NCBI RefSeq assembly: GCF_963921235.1
Contig: NC_086097.1
Coordinates: forward strand, 251,040,001-251,104,000
Length of the DNA stretch: 64,000 nt
From: Mobula hypostoma
Taxonomy: Eukaryota
Reading direction: 5' to 3'
The position numbers and the translations under genes are program-made. Positions 38,956-50,900 of the stretch are shown piece by piece (within the stretch, counting starts at the first letter, position 1; each line of letters starts with the position of its first letter). Below the pieces are notes generated by a model. It did no database searches and had not been told where the DNA came from. It saw only the letters and a list, made by a program, of their open reading frames with translations.

Positions 38956-40552
38956 TATTTCGTTCCCCTTTACACTTGTGTACTGGAAATGACATTAAAC
39001 AATGTGAAAATGTGTAGTTCGGATAGTTGCTGTTTCATCACCGTGCAAGGAGAACTGCGCACTGATGCAACATTTGCAAGTAAGTTGCCAAGATCAGAGA
39101 ACAACTCAACCAAACTACATTAAACAATCTTCAATCACCTCTGGGTTTAAATTCAGGAACTCTGCATAAAACAAAATTGTGGGAGAACTTCCACAGGAAA
39201 AGCAGCAGTATTCCCAGAAGATGACACCTTTGAGGGAAATTAGAGAAGAGTTATAAATGCTGGCTTCATGCGTGACAATCATAGCCCAAAAAAATAAGGT
39301 TTAAAAAACCTTCTGGTGGTTCTAATCACACCATTACAGTAATGTTGAATTGAACTTCTATTATAAGACCATAAGATATAGGAGCAGAATTAGGTCATTA
39401 TTGAGCTGCTCCACCATTTCATCATGGCTGATCCCTCTCAGCCCCAGTCTCCTGCCTTCTCCCCATATCCCTTCATGCCCTGACCAAGAATCTACCAACC
39501 TCTGCCTTAAGTATACCCAAAGACTTGGCCTCCACAGCCACCGGTGGCAGTGAATTCCACAGATTCACCACTCTCTGGCTAAAGAAATTCCTCCTCATCT
39601 CTGTTCTAAAAGGACTCCCTCCCCTCCACCTATTCTGAGGCTATGTCCAGGGTGTATGGTGCGTCCAGGGAGGTGCAGCAAATCTGGTGAAGGGGCTTCT
39701 CATGTTCAGTCATCTTCTAGATTCAAGATTCAATTCAACTTGAAGTTCAGTATATTTCAGGGCTACAATACGAAATAAATCCAAAACTCAGTGAATGAGA
39801 TCCTTCTATCACTCTTATCTCACTTTTACAACATTCCAGTGCGGTTTAACCAGAGTTTTACAGAGATACAACATTACCTCCGAAGCTATATCTCAAGTGA
39901 GGACAGATCTAAATTACCAGCTGAACAAAGGACAAGCTCCAATGAAGTGCTCAGAACTTCCTAAAGAAACTGGTAAATTAGTTTATTATACTGAGATACG
40001 GTGAAAAGCTTGTCTTGCATACCTTCCATACAGATCAATTCTTTATAACAGTGCGCTGCACAAGGTTAAACAATACAGAGTGTAGATTAAAGAGTAAGTG
40101 CCGTGCAGGTAGACACTAAGGTAGGTTGTGAAGTCAAGAGTCCACCTTATCATACTAGGGAACTATTCAATGGTCTTATAACAGTGGGATAGATGCTGTC
40201 CTTGCATACCATCTATAAAGATCAATTTATTACAACAGTGCAGTCTACAAGGTTAAACAATACAGAGTGCAGAATGCAGAATGAAAACATAGGTCTTCAG
40301 CATGTGGGAGGAAATCTAAGCACCTGGAGGAAACCCACGCGGTCATGTGTAGAACATACAAACTCCTTACAGACAGCAGTGGAATTAAATCTGGCTCGCT
40401 GGCACCGTAATAGCATTGTGCTGCCCTAAATTTTGAAGTTTGCTCTCACAATACAGGGGCAGACTTTAACCACAGATAATATTCTAGGAAACTGCAAACC
40501 ACAATAATATCAAACATAATATTATGAAAGCAGTTTGTGAACTGGTACTCAC

Positions 40553-40748
40553 CCTCGACATGATTTGTACCTTGAAACTTGACAGAAAAACCAGGCGAGA
40601 TGGTCAGGTGATCAGGTTTCGACATTTCCAAATGACAATGTTCAACCACATTTCCTGAGGTTTGGGGAGAAGGGCAGCTCTGAAGCCTTTCACATTGTGT
40701 AACCAATGCTTTGGACTGCAATAGGGGATCACCACTGTCATGATGTAG
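40553..40748 (-). CDS. RAD54B: Probable RAD54B second coding exon (poorly conserved N-terminal region)
   Basis: Lies in a non-TE island. Acceptor cattttgtttcAG|CTA, open phase-0 frame LHHDSGDPLLQSK...FQGTNHVE, strong donor GG|GTGAGT. Length 196 nt, ends phase 1. An in-frame alternative donor AAG|GTACAA follows 40571. The protein itself is not recognisable, so the call rests on splice signals, phase and position. Confidence 0.6.
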
Positions 40749-42981
40749 CTGAAACAAAATGTGATTTGCAATAAGGAAATCATTCTAAAATAATTCACAC
40801 AAATCTGTATTCATAACCTATTTATCTTTTATTTCTTTGTTCGTATGTGCCATGTTGTATGATGTAGGCGATCGTGGCCTTTCCATGATCATGATTGTTC
40901 TGGACAAATTTTTCTACGGAAGTGGTCTGTCATTGCCTTCTTCCGGGCAGTGTCTTTACAAGATGGGTGACCCCAACATTATCAATCCTCTTCAGAGATT
41001 GTCTGCCTGGCATCAGTGGTTGCATAACCACTTCCTTCATCCCCCTTCTCCCACCCACCTGGCTTAACTTATTAACTTCTAGCTTGTACTCTTTCCCCTC
41101 TCCCACCTTCCTATTCTGGCTTCCTCCTCCTTCCTTTCCAGTCCTGATGTAGGGTCTTGGCCCAAAACAGCGACTACTTTTTTTCCATAGATGCTGCCTG
41201 ACCTGCTGAGTTCCTCCAGCATTTTGTGTGTGTTGCTTGGATTTCCAGCATCTGCAGATTTTCTCTTCTTTGTGTCTGAATTGTCTTAGTAATTACAGCT
41301 CACCAACTTTCAGTGACAAAAATCACTACTTATTGAATAAAAACAAGCAAGTGACTATTTAAAAATGTTTGCTCTAAGCACGGAGTAGTGGCTAATGGTC
41401 ACACGCAACTGAACGAGTTAGAAGATGCTGGGGCACAGTTTTCGCCCTCAAGACCATAAGACAGGAGCAAAATTAGGCCATTTAGCCCATCGAGTCTGCT
41501 CGATGCAAAATAATGCAAAGATGGTCAGAATACATGAAAGACCTATATGACGACAAAGACCTATACAACGACAAAGACCCAGAGGACAACTTTGATATGG
41601 CAACAACAACGAGGGCCCAGCAATACTGAAAGAAGAAGTGGAACATGCTATGAAGAAAATGCGAAAGGGGAAATCATTAGGACCAGATAACATTCTGGTT
41701 GAACTGTATGAAGTGCTAGAAGATTTTGGTGTAGAAAAATTAACAATCTTATTGAATAGGATATACAACAATGGCAAAGTACCAGAAGATCTTTGAAAGA
41801 CAGTATTCCTTGCACTTCCAAAGAAACCAGGTGCAACAGAGTGTGGACAACACAGAATAATTAGTTTAATAAGCCACCTCACAAACATTCTACTTAGAAT
41901 CATCATGCTCAGAATAAGTAACAAAATTAAACCAGAGATCAGTGAAGAAAAATGCGGCTTTGTCAAAGCCAAGGGAACATCAAACGCCACTTATATTCTC
42001 AGGAATATTATCGAAAGGTCAATGGAAGTACAACAAGACCTATATTTCTGTTTCATTGACTACACAAAAGCCTTTGACACAGTGAAACAACAAGTTATCA
42101 TGAAAATACTTAAATATCAACAGAAAAGATCTAAGAATAATCAGGAATCTCTACTGGCAACAAAGTGCAACCATACGGATATACAACGAGATTGGTGAAT
42201 TGTTCTATCACCAGACCTGTTCTCCCTGTACAGTGAAAACATCATGAGAACCGTACAAGACCTACCTGGAATAAGTATAGGAGGATACAATATCAACAAC
42301 CTCCGCTATGCGGATGATACAGTACTGATAGCAAACAGTGAAGTAAATTTACAGTGTGGCGGCTCGTATCAGCACGACTACAACAGAAACTGTTATCTAC
42401 CATCAACACAGAGAGCGAAAGACTTGGCCTAACCTTAAACATAAAGAAAACTGAAGTAATGGTAATATCAAAGAAACCTGATATCCCAAACTGTAGGATC
42501 GTACTGGGAAATGAAATCCTGAAACATGTTCACAACTTCAAGTACCTTGGATCATGGGTAACATCTGATGGCAAATGCGAAACAGACATAAAAACAAGAA
42601 TAGCAATGGCAAGAACAGCATTTACAGAAATGAGAAACATCCTAACGAACAAGAAAATAGCAATTGACATCCGCCTTAGAACTCTCAGCTGCTATATTCT
42701 TCCTATATTGATGTATGGCTGCGAGTCACGGACCATCACAAATGCAATGGAAAAAAGAATCAATGCAGCAGAGATGTGGTTCCTCAGAAGAATGCTATGC
42801 ATATCATATACGGACAGAGTAACCTACGAAGAAGTTCTACAGAGAACAAAAACAAAACGTACATTACTTTAAAAAATCAGAAAACAGCAATCAAAATTCT
42901 TTGGACACATCATGCAAAGAGAGACATGAGAACATTTTGTTACAACTGGAAAGCTGGAAGGAAAAAGAAGCAGAGAATGAA

Positions 42982-43657
42982 GGTTTGTCCATCGTCATTG
43001 ATGAAGACCTCGACACCATTAGTACTTTTTACGAGGTCAAGTTGCTAGTTCGACACTCAACCCGGCACGGATGGAAAGCTTGCTGGGGAGCAGCTCGACT
43101 AGATTCAAACTCGGGAACCTTCGCTCCCGGAGTCTGGCGCTGATGTCACTGCGTCACCAGCCGGCTATGATGGTGTCGAGACTAGCGCGTGATTTGGATT
43201 TAAGTGAGGGAGAGTTGTGCAGCGTCAGCCTCACTCTGTCTTCCCAATTCCTATCTGGATCCAGACAGAGTCTAGATGGCTGGAGATGGGACTAGGCGCA
43301 GTGGATGACCAGGACGTCTTCTGTGTCTTGTCCTGCTCTACACGTTCCACCACGCTTGCAGAGACCACCTTCTTGACCGTTGGACCTTCCATTGGTCTCG
43401 TCCGCTCAATCCGCCGGAGTCTGTCTTCACATGCTGGGATAGACAACTCCCTATCTCACCGAGGGTTTGAGACCCGTCGGCTACCCTCACCTGGTTTAGC
43501 CGGCCTGTCGAAGCCGTTGCCCGGGGTGTGGCCGCTGTCGCATGCAAACAGCTACGGGGAGCCACAGGTGAGAGCTGAGTGCCAGGTGGGGACCAAAGGT
43601 GGACGTGTATGGAGCATCAGGGAGGGGTAGCTCCTCTGGTGGGGGAACATGTCGCGA
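42982..43657 (-). mobile_element. Second copy of the RTE-derived non-autonomous element, with a 5' inversion and a SINE insertion
   Basis: 11-bp TSD CAGAGAATGAA (42971-42981 and 43658-43668). Inserted into the RTE LINE at 41503-43797. Confidence 0.75.
43021..43166 (-). mobile_element. tRNA-derived SINE (about 145 bp)
   Basis: Minus strand starts AGCCGGCTGGTGACGCAGTGA (A-box-like), contains GAGTTTGAATC (B-box-like) and has an A-rich end. It is absent from the 54448 copy. Confidence 0.6.
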
Positions 43658-44853
43658 CAGAGAATGAAAATGATAGATGGAATAACATCATAGTTAGAAA
43701 CAGGGAAGACAACACTACAATTCGGAGGGTCAGGGACCGTGATGGATGGAGAGACATGATCGCCACGCTGAACGGCAAGGCACCTGAATGAATGAATCTT
43801 AGAATGGAAATGCTGAAACTGGAGAGTGTTCAAAGGGCGTTCACAGAAATTATTCCAAGATTGAATGGCTTGTCATATGAAGAGCGTCTGATGTCTCTAG
43901 GCCTGTATTCTCTAGAATTCAGAAAAATGAGGGGTGACCTCATTGAAACATATCAGTTGGTGAGAGGCCTTGATAGAGTGGATGTGGACAGGATATTTCC
44001 TACGGTGGGAGAGTCTAAGACCAAGAGGACGCATCCTCAGAATAGAGGGGCATCATTTTAGAATAGAGATGAGGAGGAATTTCATTAGCTAGAGAGTATG
44101 AATATGCAGAATTCCTTGCCACCAGGCAGCTGTGGAGGCCAGGTCGTTATGTATATTTAAAGGTCAGGGCATGAAGGGATATGAGAAGGCAAGAGATTGG
44201 GGCTGAGAGGAAAATTGGATCAGCCATGATGAAATGGCAGAGCAGATACGATGGGCCAAATGGCATAAATCTGTTCTTATACTTTACAATTGTATATCAG
44301 CGGCATAGTGTCCCAAATAGATGAAGGGAATCCAGGCTATTTTCTTTTTTTTTTATTAAGTGCAATCGTGAACAATAGCCAGATCAGAAATGCTGATCAA
44401 GTCAACTAGTTCCCAAAGAGAACTCTGATAGGCCAATCAGATGGTTCACTGCTGCTCAGTGATAGAACACAAAAAAAATCATATGTACAATTAAGAAACA
44501 TTAAAAAATAGTAGAAATACTGGAGTCATGATGATCATGATGAAGTCTGCTGGAGAGAGACATTTACACATATGATGTCCTCCATAATTCAGAGAGATTG
44601 AAGGATAAGGTTGCAGGGTGACAAAACGTGGCAGGAGCACTTGGAACTAAAAACTAATCCCTGCCGGGAGAAAACAGCACCAGTTCTTTCTGCACTGTTC
44701 TCCAGCAGTCTAAGGACTAAGTCCGGCCAGAACATAACTCACAAGTGCTTTTGAAAGTCAGGTATTAACCCTACCTACCAACAACCAAGCGTTGTCATCC
44801 TGATCCCCTTCATGATAGCTTATGAAGAAGCATGTGACTTTCCTCCCAGAGAT

Positions 44854-47358
44854 ACACTCACAACACGCTGGAGGAACTCAACAGGTCGGGCAGCATCCAT
44901 AGAAAAGATCCCTTCTCTCCCCCTACAGAGGACCCCTTCTCCCGTAAGATCACCCCCTCCCCCTACTGAGGACCCCTTCTCCCATCTTCAACCCTCCTCC
45001 TCCTCCTCCTGGACACCCCGCCTGGGCCTTCTACCTGCACCCGATCTTTTTATCTCCAACTGTCGCCGAGACATCAACCGTCTCAACTTCACCACTCCTC
45101 TCCTGTTCCAACTTCACTCCCTCTGAACGCACTGCCCTCCACTCTCTCTGCACTAATCCCAACCTCACCATCAAACCCACTGACAAAGGTGGTGCTGTAG
45201 TAGTCTGGCGGACGGACCTCTACCTCACCGAGGCCAAACGGCAGCTCTCTGACACCACCTCTTACTTACCCCTGGAACAGGACCCCACCAAAAAACATCA
45301 AACCATTGTCTCCCGTACCATCACCGCCCTTATCAACTCCGGAGACCTTCCATCCTCAGCCACTAAACTCATAATTCCTACATCCTGTACCGCTCGGTTT
45401 TACCTCCTCCCCAAGACCCACAAGCCTGACTATCCCGGCAGACCCATAGTTTCTGCCTGCTCCTGTCCCACCGAACTTGTGTCTGCCTACCTGGACTCCA
45501 TTTTGTCACCCATAGTTCAGTCCCTCCCCACCTACATCCGGGATACATCCCATGCTCTACACCTCTTCAATAACTTCCAGTTCCCCAGCCCCAACCACTT
45601 CATTTTCACTATGGATGTCCAATCCCTATACACCTCCATTCCCCAACAAGAAGGCCTCAAAGCCCTCCGCTACTTTCTGGATACTAGACCTCGCCAGTTC
45701 CCCACCACCACTACCTTCCTCCAGTTGGCGGAACTGATTCTCACACTCAATAACTTCTCTTTTGGCTCTTCCCACTTTCTTCAGACTAAGGGTGTAGCTA
45801 TGGGAACTCGCATGGGCCCTAGCTATGCCTGCCTCTTCGTTGGTTATGTGGAACAGTCTGTGCTCCAAACCTATTCTGGTACTGCTCCCCAACTTTTCCT
45901 TCGGTACATTGATGACTACATTGGTGCTGCTTCCTGCATCCATGCTGAGCTCGTCAATTTCATCGACTTTACTTCTAACTTCCACTCAGCCCTCAAATTC
46001 ACTTGGTCTATCTCGGACACTTCTCTCCCCTTTCTCGATCTCTCGGCCTCCATCTCTGGAGACAGACGGTCCACCGACATCTTCTACAAGCCCACTGACT
46101 CTCATAACTACCTCGACTATACCTCTTCCCACCCCGCCACATGCAAAAATGCCATTCCCTATTCCCAGTTCCTCCGTCTCTGCCGCATCTGTTCCGAGGA
46201 TGAGGTTTTCCATTCCAGGACATCACAAATGCCCTCTTTCTTTAAGGATCGTGGTTTCCCTTCTGCTGTCATCAATGATGCCCTCACCCGTATCTCCTCC
46301 ATTTCCCGCACTTCAGCCCTCACCCCATCCTCCCACCACCACAACAGGGACAGAGCTCCCCCTGTCCTCACCTACCAGCCCAGCACCCTCCGGATCCAGC
46401 ACAATATCCTCCGCAACTTCCGCCACCTTCAACAGGACTCCACCACTAAGCACATCTTTCCCTCTCCACCCCTCTCCGCCTTCGGCAGGGATCGGTCCCT
46501 CCGCGACTCCCTGGTCCACAAGTCCCTCCCCACGGATCTCCCACCCGGTACTTATCCCTGTAAGCGTAAGTGCTGCACCTGTCCCTACACCTCCTCTCTT
46601 GCCACCATTCAGGGCCCTAAACAGTCCTTCCAGGTGAGGCAACACTTCACTTGTGAGTCTGTTGGGGTCATCTATTGCATCCGGTGCTCCCGGTGCGGCC
46701 TCCTCTACATCGGTGAAACCCGACGCAGATTGGGGGACCGCTTCGTCGAGCACCTCCGCTCCGTCCGCCAAAACAGACAGGATCTCCCAGTAGCCACCCA
46801 CTTCAACTCTGCTTCCCACTCCCATTCAGATATGTCCATACATGGCCTCCTCTACTGCCCTGATGAGGCTAAACTCAGGTTGGAGGAGCAACACCTCATA
46901 TACCGTCTAGGTAGTCTCCAGCCCCTTGGTATGAACATAGAATTCTCCAACTTCCAGTAATTCCCTCCCCCTCCCTTCCCCTATCCCTGTGTCACTCTGC
47001 CCCCTCCCCTAGCTGCCTACTACCTCCCTCATGATTCTGCCTCCTTCTACTACCCATTGTGTTTTCCCCTATTCTTTCATCACCTTTCCTGCCTATCACC
47101 TCCCTGCTTCCCCTCCCCCACCCCTTCATCTTTCCCCTTACTGGTTTTTCACCTGGAACCTACCAGCCTTCTCCTTCCCACCCTCCTCCCACCTTCTTTA
47201 TAAGGCCTCTGCCCCTTCCCTCTACAGTCCTGACGAAGGGTTCCGGCCCGAAACGTCGACTGATCTTTTCCACGGATGCTGCACGACCTGCTGAGTTCCT
47301 CCAGCGTGTTGTGAGTGTTTCTTTGACCCCAGAATCTGCAGATTATTTTGTGTTTATC
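44854..47358 (+). mobile_element. Penelope-like element, 5'-truncated, with inverted terminal repeat
   Basis: ORF 45479-46960 encodes RT (DVQSLYT, QTKGVAMG, RYIDD) and a GIY-YIG endonuclease (GVIYCIRCSRCGLLYIGET). An inverted copy of the 3' end sits at 44854-44910. 12-bp TSD CCTCCCAGAGAT at 44842-44853 and 47359-47370. Confidence 0.92.
47225..47262 (+). ncRNA. Minimal type I hammerhead ribozyme motif at the Penelope 3' terminus
   Basis: CAGTC-CTGACGA-A-GGGT(TCCG)GCCC-GAAA-CG-TC-GACTG. Stem I CAGTC/GACTG, intact CUGANGA and GAAA core, stem II hairpin, palindromic ACGT in place of stem III. Predicted cleavage after C47257. Confidence 0.82.
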
Positions 47359-47534
47359 CCTCCCAGAGATGATAGGTGTTTGTGTACTTGACTCATGAAG
47401 GCTTGGACCCCATCGTCGCAGATGTTTCCAACCACAGCATCTGGAAGGCTGTTCCAAATTTTTGTTCTTTAAGATTTTTCCCCAAATGAACAATCACCCA
47501 ATTAACCAGAATCCTCTATATTTAAGACTACAAG

Positions 47535-47860
47535 GCATCATTCATTCATTTGTTTTGTGCCCTGTCATATGACGTGGGTGATCATAGTCTGTCTATGACT
47601 ATGACTGTACTTGGCAATTTTTTCTATAGAAGTGGTTTTCAATTGTCTTCTTCTGGGCAGTGACTCCCCAACCATCATCAATACTTTTCAGAGATTGTCT
47701 GCCTGGCATCAGTGGACGCATAGCCAGGAAGGCAACAACATCCATCACCTGCTCCCATGGATTCATGTGACCCTGATCAGAGGGCTAAACAGATGTTATA
47801 CGTTGCCCAAGAGTGACCTGCACCTTACACCTCCTTTGGTAGTGCCATCTCCACCCCACC
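47535..47860 (-). mobile_element. RTE-related SINE-like element (related fragment at 40830-41030)
   Basis: Both copies share CAGAGATTGTCTGCCTGGCATCAGTGG. ATGA tandem tail. Confidence 0.5.
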
Positions 47861-47959
47861 ACCTACCATAAGATATAGTATCAGAATTAAGCTATTCGGC
47901 CCATCGAATTTACTCGGCCATTCTATCATGGTTGATTTATACTTCCTTTGGACTCCCCA

Positions 47960-50900
47960 TAACCATAAGACATAGGAGCAGAATTAGGCCATTTGGCCCA
48001 TCGAGTCTGCTCCGCCATTCAATCATGGCTGATCCTTTTTTTTTCTCCTCCTCAAACCTATTTCCTGACCATCTCCCCATAATCTTTGATGCCATGTCCA
48101 ATCAAGAACCTATCAATCACTGCCTTAAATACACCCAATAACATGGCCTCCACATCTGCATGTGGCAACACAGTCACAAATTCACCACCTTCTGGCTAAA
48201 GAAATTTTTCTGCATCAGTTTTGAATGGACATCTCTCTATCCTGAGACTGTGCCCTTTTATCTTAAGGCTCTCCCACCATGGGAAACATCCTTTCCACAT
48301 CTACTCTGTCTAGCCCTTTCAACATTTGAAAGGTTTCAATGAGATCCCCCCTTCATCATTCTAAATTCCAGTGAGTACAGACCCAGACCCATCAAACAAT
48401 CCTCGTATGATAACCCTTTCAATCCTAGAATCATCTTTGTGAAGCTTCTCTGGATTCTCTCCAATTTCGGCACATCTCTTCTAAGATGAAGAACCCAAAA
48501 CTGTTCACAATACTCCACCACTGCCTTATAAAACCTAAGCATTACATCTCTGCTCTTGTATTCTAGACCTCTTCAAATGAATGCTAACGTTGCATCTGCC
48601 TTCCTCAGTACGGACTCAACCTGCAAGTTAGACTTTAGGTTAGGGTGTTCTGCACAAGGACTCCCAAGACCCTTTGCATCCCAGATATTTGGATTTTCTC
48701 CCCGTTTAGAAAATAGTCTGCACATTTATTTCTACTACCAAAGTGCATAACCATGTATTTTCCAACATTATATTTCATTTGCCACTTTCTTGCCCATTCT
48801 CCTAATCTGTATAAGTCCTTCTGCATCCTACCCATTTCCTCAACACTACTTGCCCCTCTACCAATCTTCATATCATCTGCGAACTTGGCAATAAAGCCAT
48901 CTATTTCATCAACTAACTCATTTCCATACAGCATAAAAAGAAGTGGTCCCAACACCGAACCCTGTGGAACGCCACTAGTCACTGACAGCCAACTAGAAAA
49001 GGATCCTTTTATTCCCACTCACTGCCTCCTACCAATCAGCCAATGCTCCAACCGTCTTAGTAACTTTCCTGTAATACCACGGGCTCTTACCTTGGTAAGC
49101 AGCCTCATGTGTGGCACCTTGTCAAAGGCCTTCTGAAAGTCCAAATATACAACACCCCCTGCCACCCCTTTATCTATCCTACTTGTAATCTCCTCACAGA
49201 ATTCCAACAGGTTCACCAGGCAGGATTTTTCCGCAAGGAAACCATGCTGACTTTATCCTATCTTGTCCTGTGTCACCCAAGTATTCCATCACCTCACCCT
49301 TAAAAATTGACTCTAACATCTTCCCAACCACTGAGGTCAGGCTAACTGGTCTATAATTTCCTTTCTGCTGCCTTCCTGGTAAAGCTCTGAAAATCTGTGG
49401 CAAACAACTAGCGAGAGTATTCAAGGACATTTTCAACCTCTCAGTGCTACGGGCAGAAGTTCCCATTTGCTTCAAAAAGTTAACAATTATACCAGTGCCT
49501 AAGAAGAATAATGTGAGCTGACTTAGTGACTATTGCCTGATAGCACTCACATCGACAGTGATGAAATGCTTTGAGAGGTTGCTTATGACTAGACTGAACT
49601 CTTGCCTCAGCAAGGACTTGGACTCATTGCCATTTGCCTATCTCCACAATAGGTCAACGGCAGACGCAATCTCAGTGGCTCTTCACATGGCTTTAGACCA
49701 CCTAGACAACACAAACACCTACGTCAGGATGCTGTTCATCGAATATAGCTCAGCATTTAATACCATCATTCCCACAATCCTGATTGAGAAGTTGTAGAAC
49801 CTGGGCCTCTGTACCTCCCTCTGCAACTGGATCCTTGATTTCCTAACTGGAAGACCACAATCTGTGTGGATTAGTGACAACATATCCTCCTCTCTGACGA
49901 TCAACACTAGTGCACCTCAGTTATAGTCATAGTCATAGTCATACTTTATTGATCCCGAGGGAAATTGGTTTTCGTTAGAGTTGCACCATAAATAATTAAA
50001 TAGTAATATGTAATTTATGCCAGTAAATTATGAAATAAGTCCAGAACCAGCCTATTGGCTCAGGGTGACTGACCCTCCAAGGGAGGAGTTGTAGTTTGGC
50101 CACAGGCAGGAATGACTTCCTATGACGCTCTGTGTTGCATCTCGGTGGAATGAGTCTCTGGCTGAATGTACTCCTGTGCCCAACCAGCCCATTATGTAGT
50201 GGATGGGAGACATTGTCCAAGATGGCATGCAACTTGGACAGCATCCTCTTTTCAGACACCACCGTCAGAGAGTCCAGTTCCATCCCCACAACATCACTGG
50301 CCTTACGAATGAGTTTGTTGATTCTGTTGGTGCCTGCTACCCTCAGCCTGCTGCCCCAGCACACAATAGCAAACATGATCGCACTGGCCACCACAGACTC
50401 GTAGAACATCCTCAGCATTGTCCGACAGATGTTAAAGGACCTCAGTCCCCTCAGGAAATAGAGACGGCTCTGACCCTTCTTGTAGACAGCCTCAGTGTTC
50501 TTTGACCAGTCCAGTTTATTGTCAATCCGTATCCCCAGGTATTTGTAATCCTCCAACATGTCCACACTGACCCCCTGGATGGAAACAGGGGTCACCGGTG
50601 CCTCAGCCCTCCTCAGGTCTACGACCAGCTCCTTAATCTTTTTCACATTAAGCTGCAGATAATTCTGCTCACACCATGTGACAAAGTTTCCTACCGTAGC
50701 CCTGTACTCAGCCTCATCTCCCTTGCTGATGCATCCAACTATGGGTGTGTGCTTAGCCCACTGCTCTACTCTCTATATACCCATGACTATGTGGCTAGGC
50801 ATAGCTCAAATACCATCTATAAATTTGCTGATAGTACAAACATTGTTGGTAGAATCTCAGGTAGTGACGAGAGGGCGTACAGGAGTGAAATACGCCAACT

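Larger units (their letters stand above)
35885..39005 (+). mobile_element. Rex1/Babar 3' portion hosting a minisatellite, a solo LTR and a Tigger
   Basis: KAHHHLYFLRTLKR..FYRCSVDSILTCWITA. The 3' UTR matches 62290-62870 once the inserts are removed. Confidence 0.75.
41503..43797 (+). mobile_element. RTE-clade LINE, 5'-truncated and degenerate
   Basis: FIDYTKAFD, NNLRYADD, FKYLGS, EMWFLRRML and a GAAT tail. Same family as 24000-27077. Confidence 0.85.

Noticed and set aside
43021..43166. tRNA gene
   Set aside because: It has degenerate A/B boxes, no convincing cloverleaf and an A-rich tail, so it is better explained as a SINE.
45479..46960. Novel RT-nuclease system such as a retron or defence system
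   Set aside because: RT plus GIY-YIG is the standard Penelope-like element architecture.
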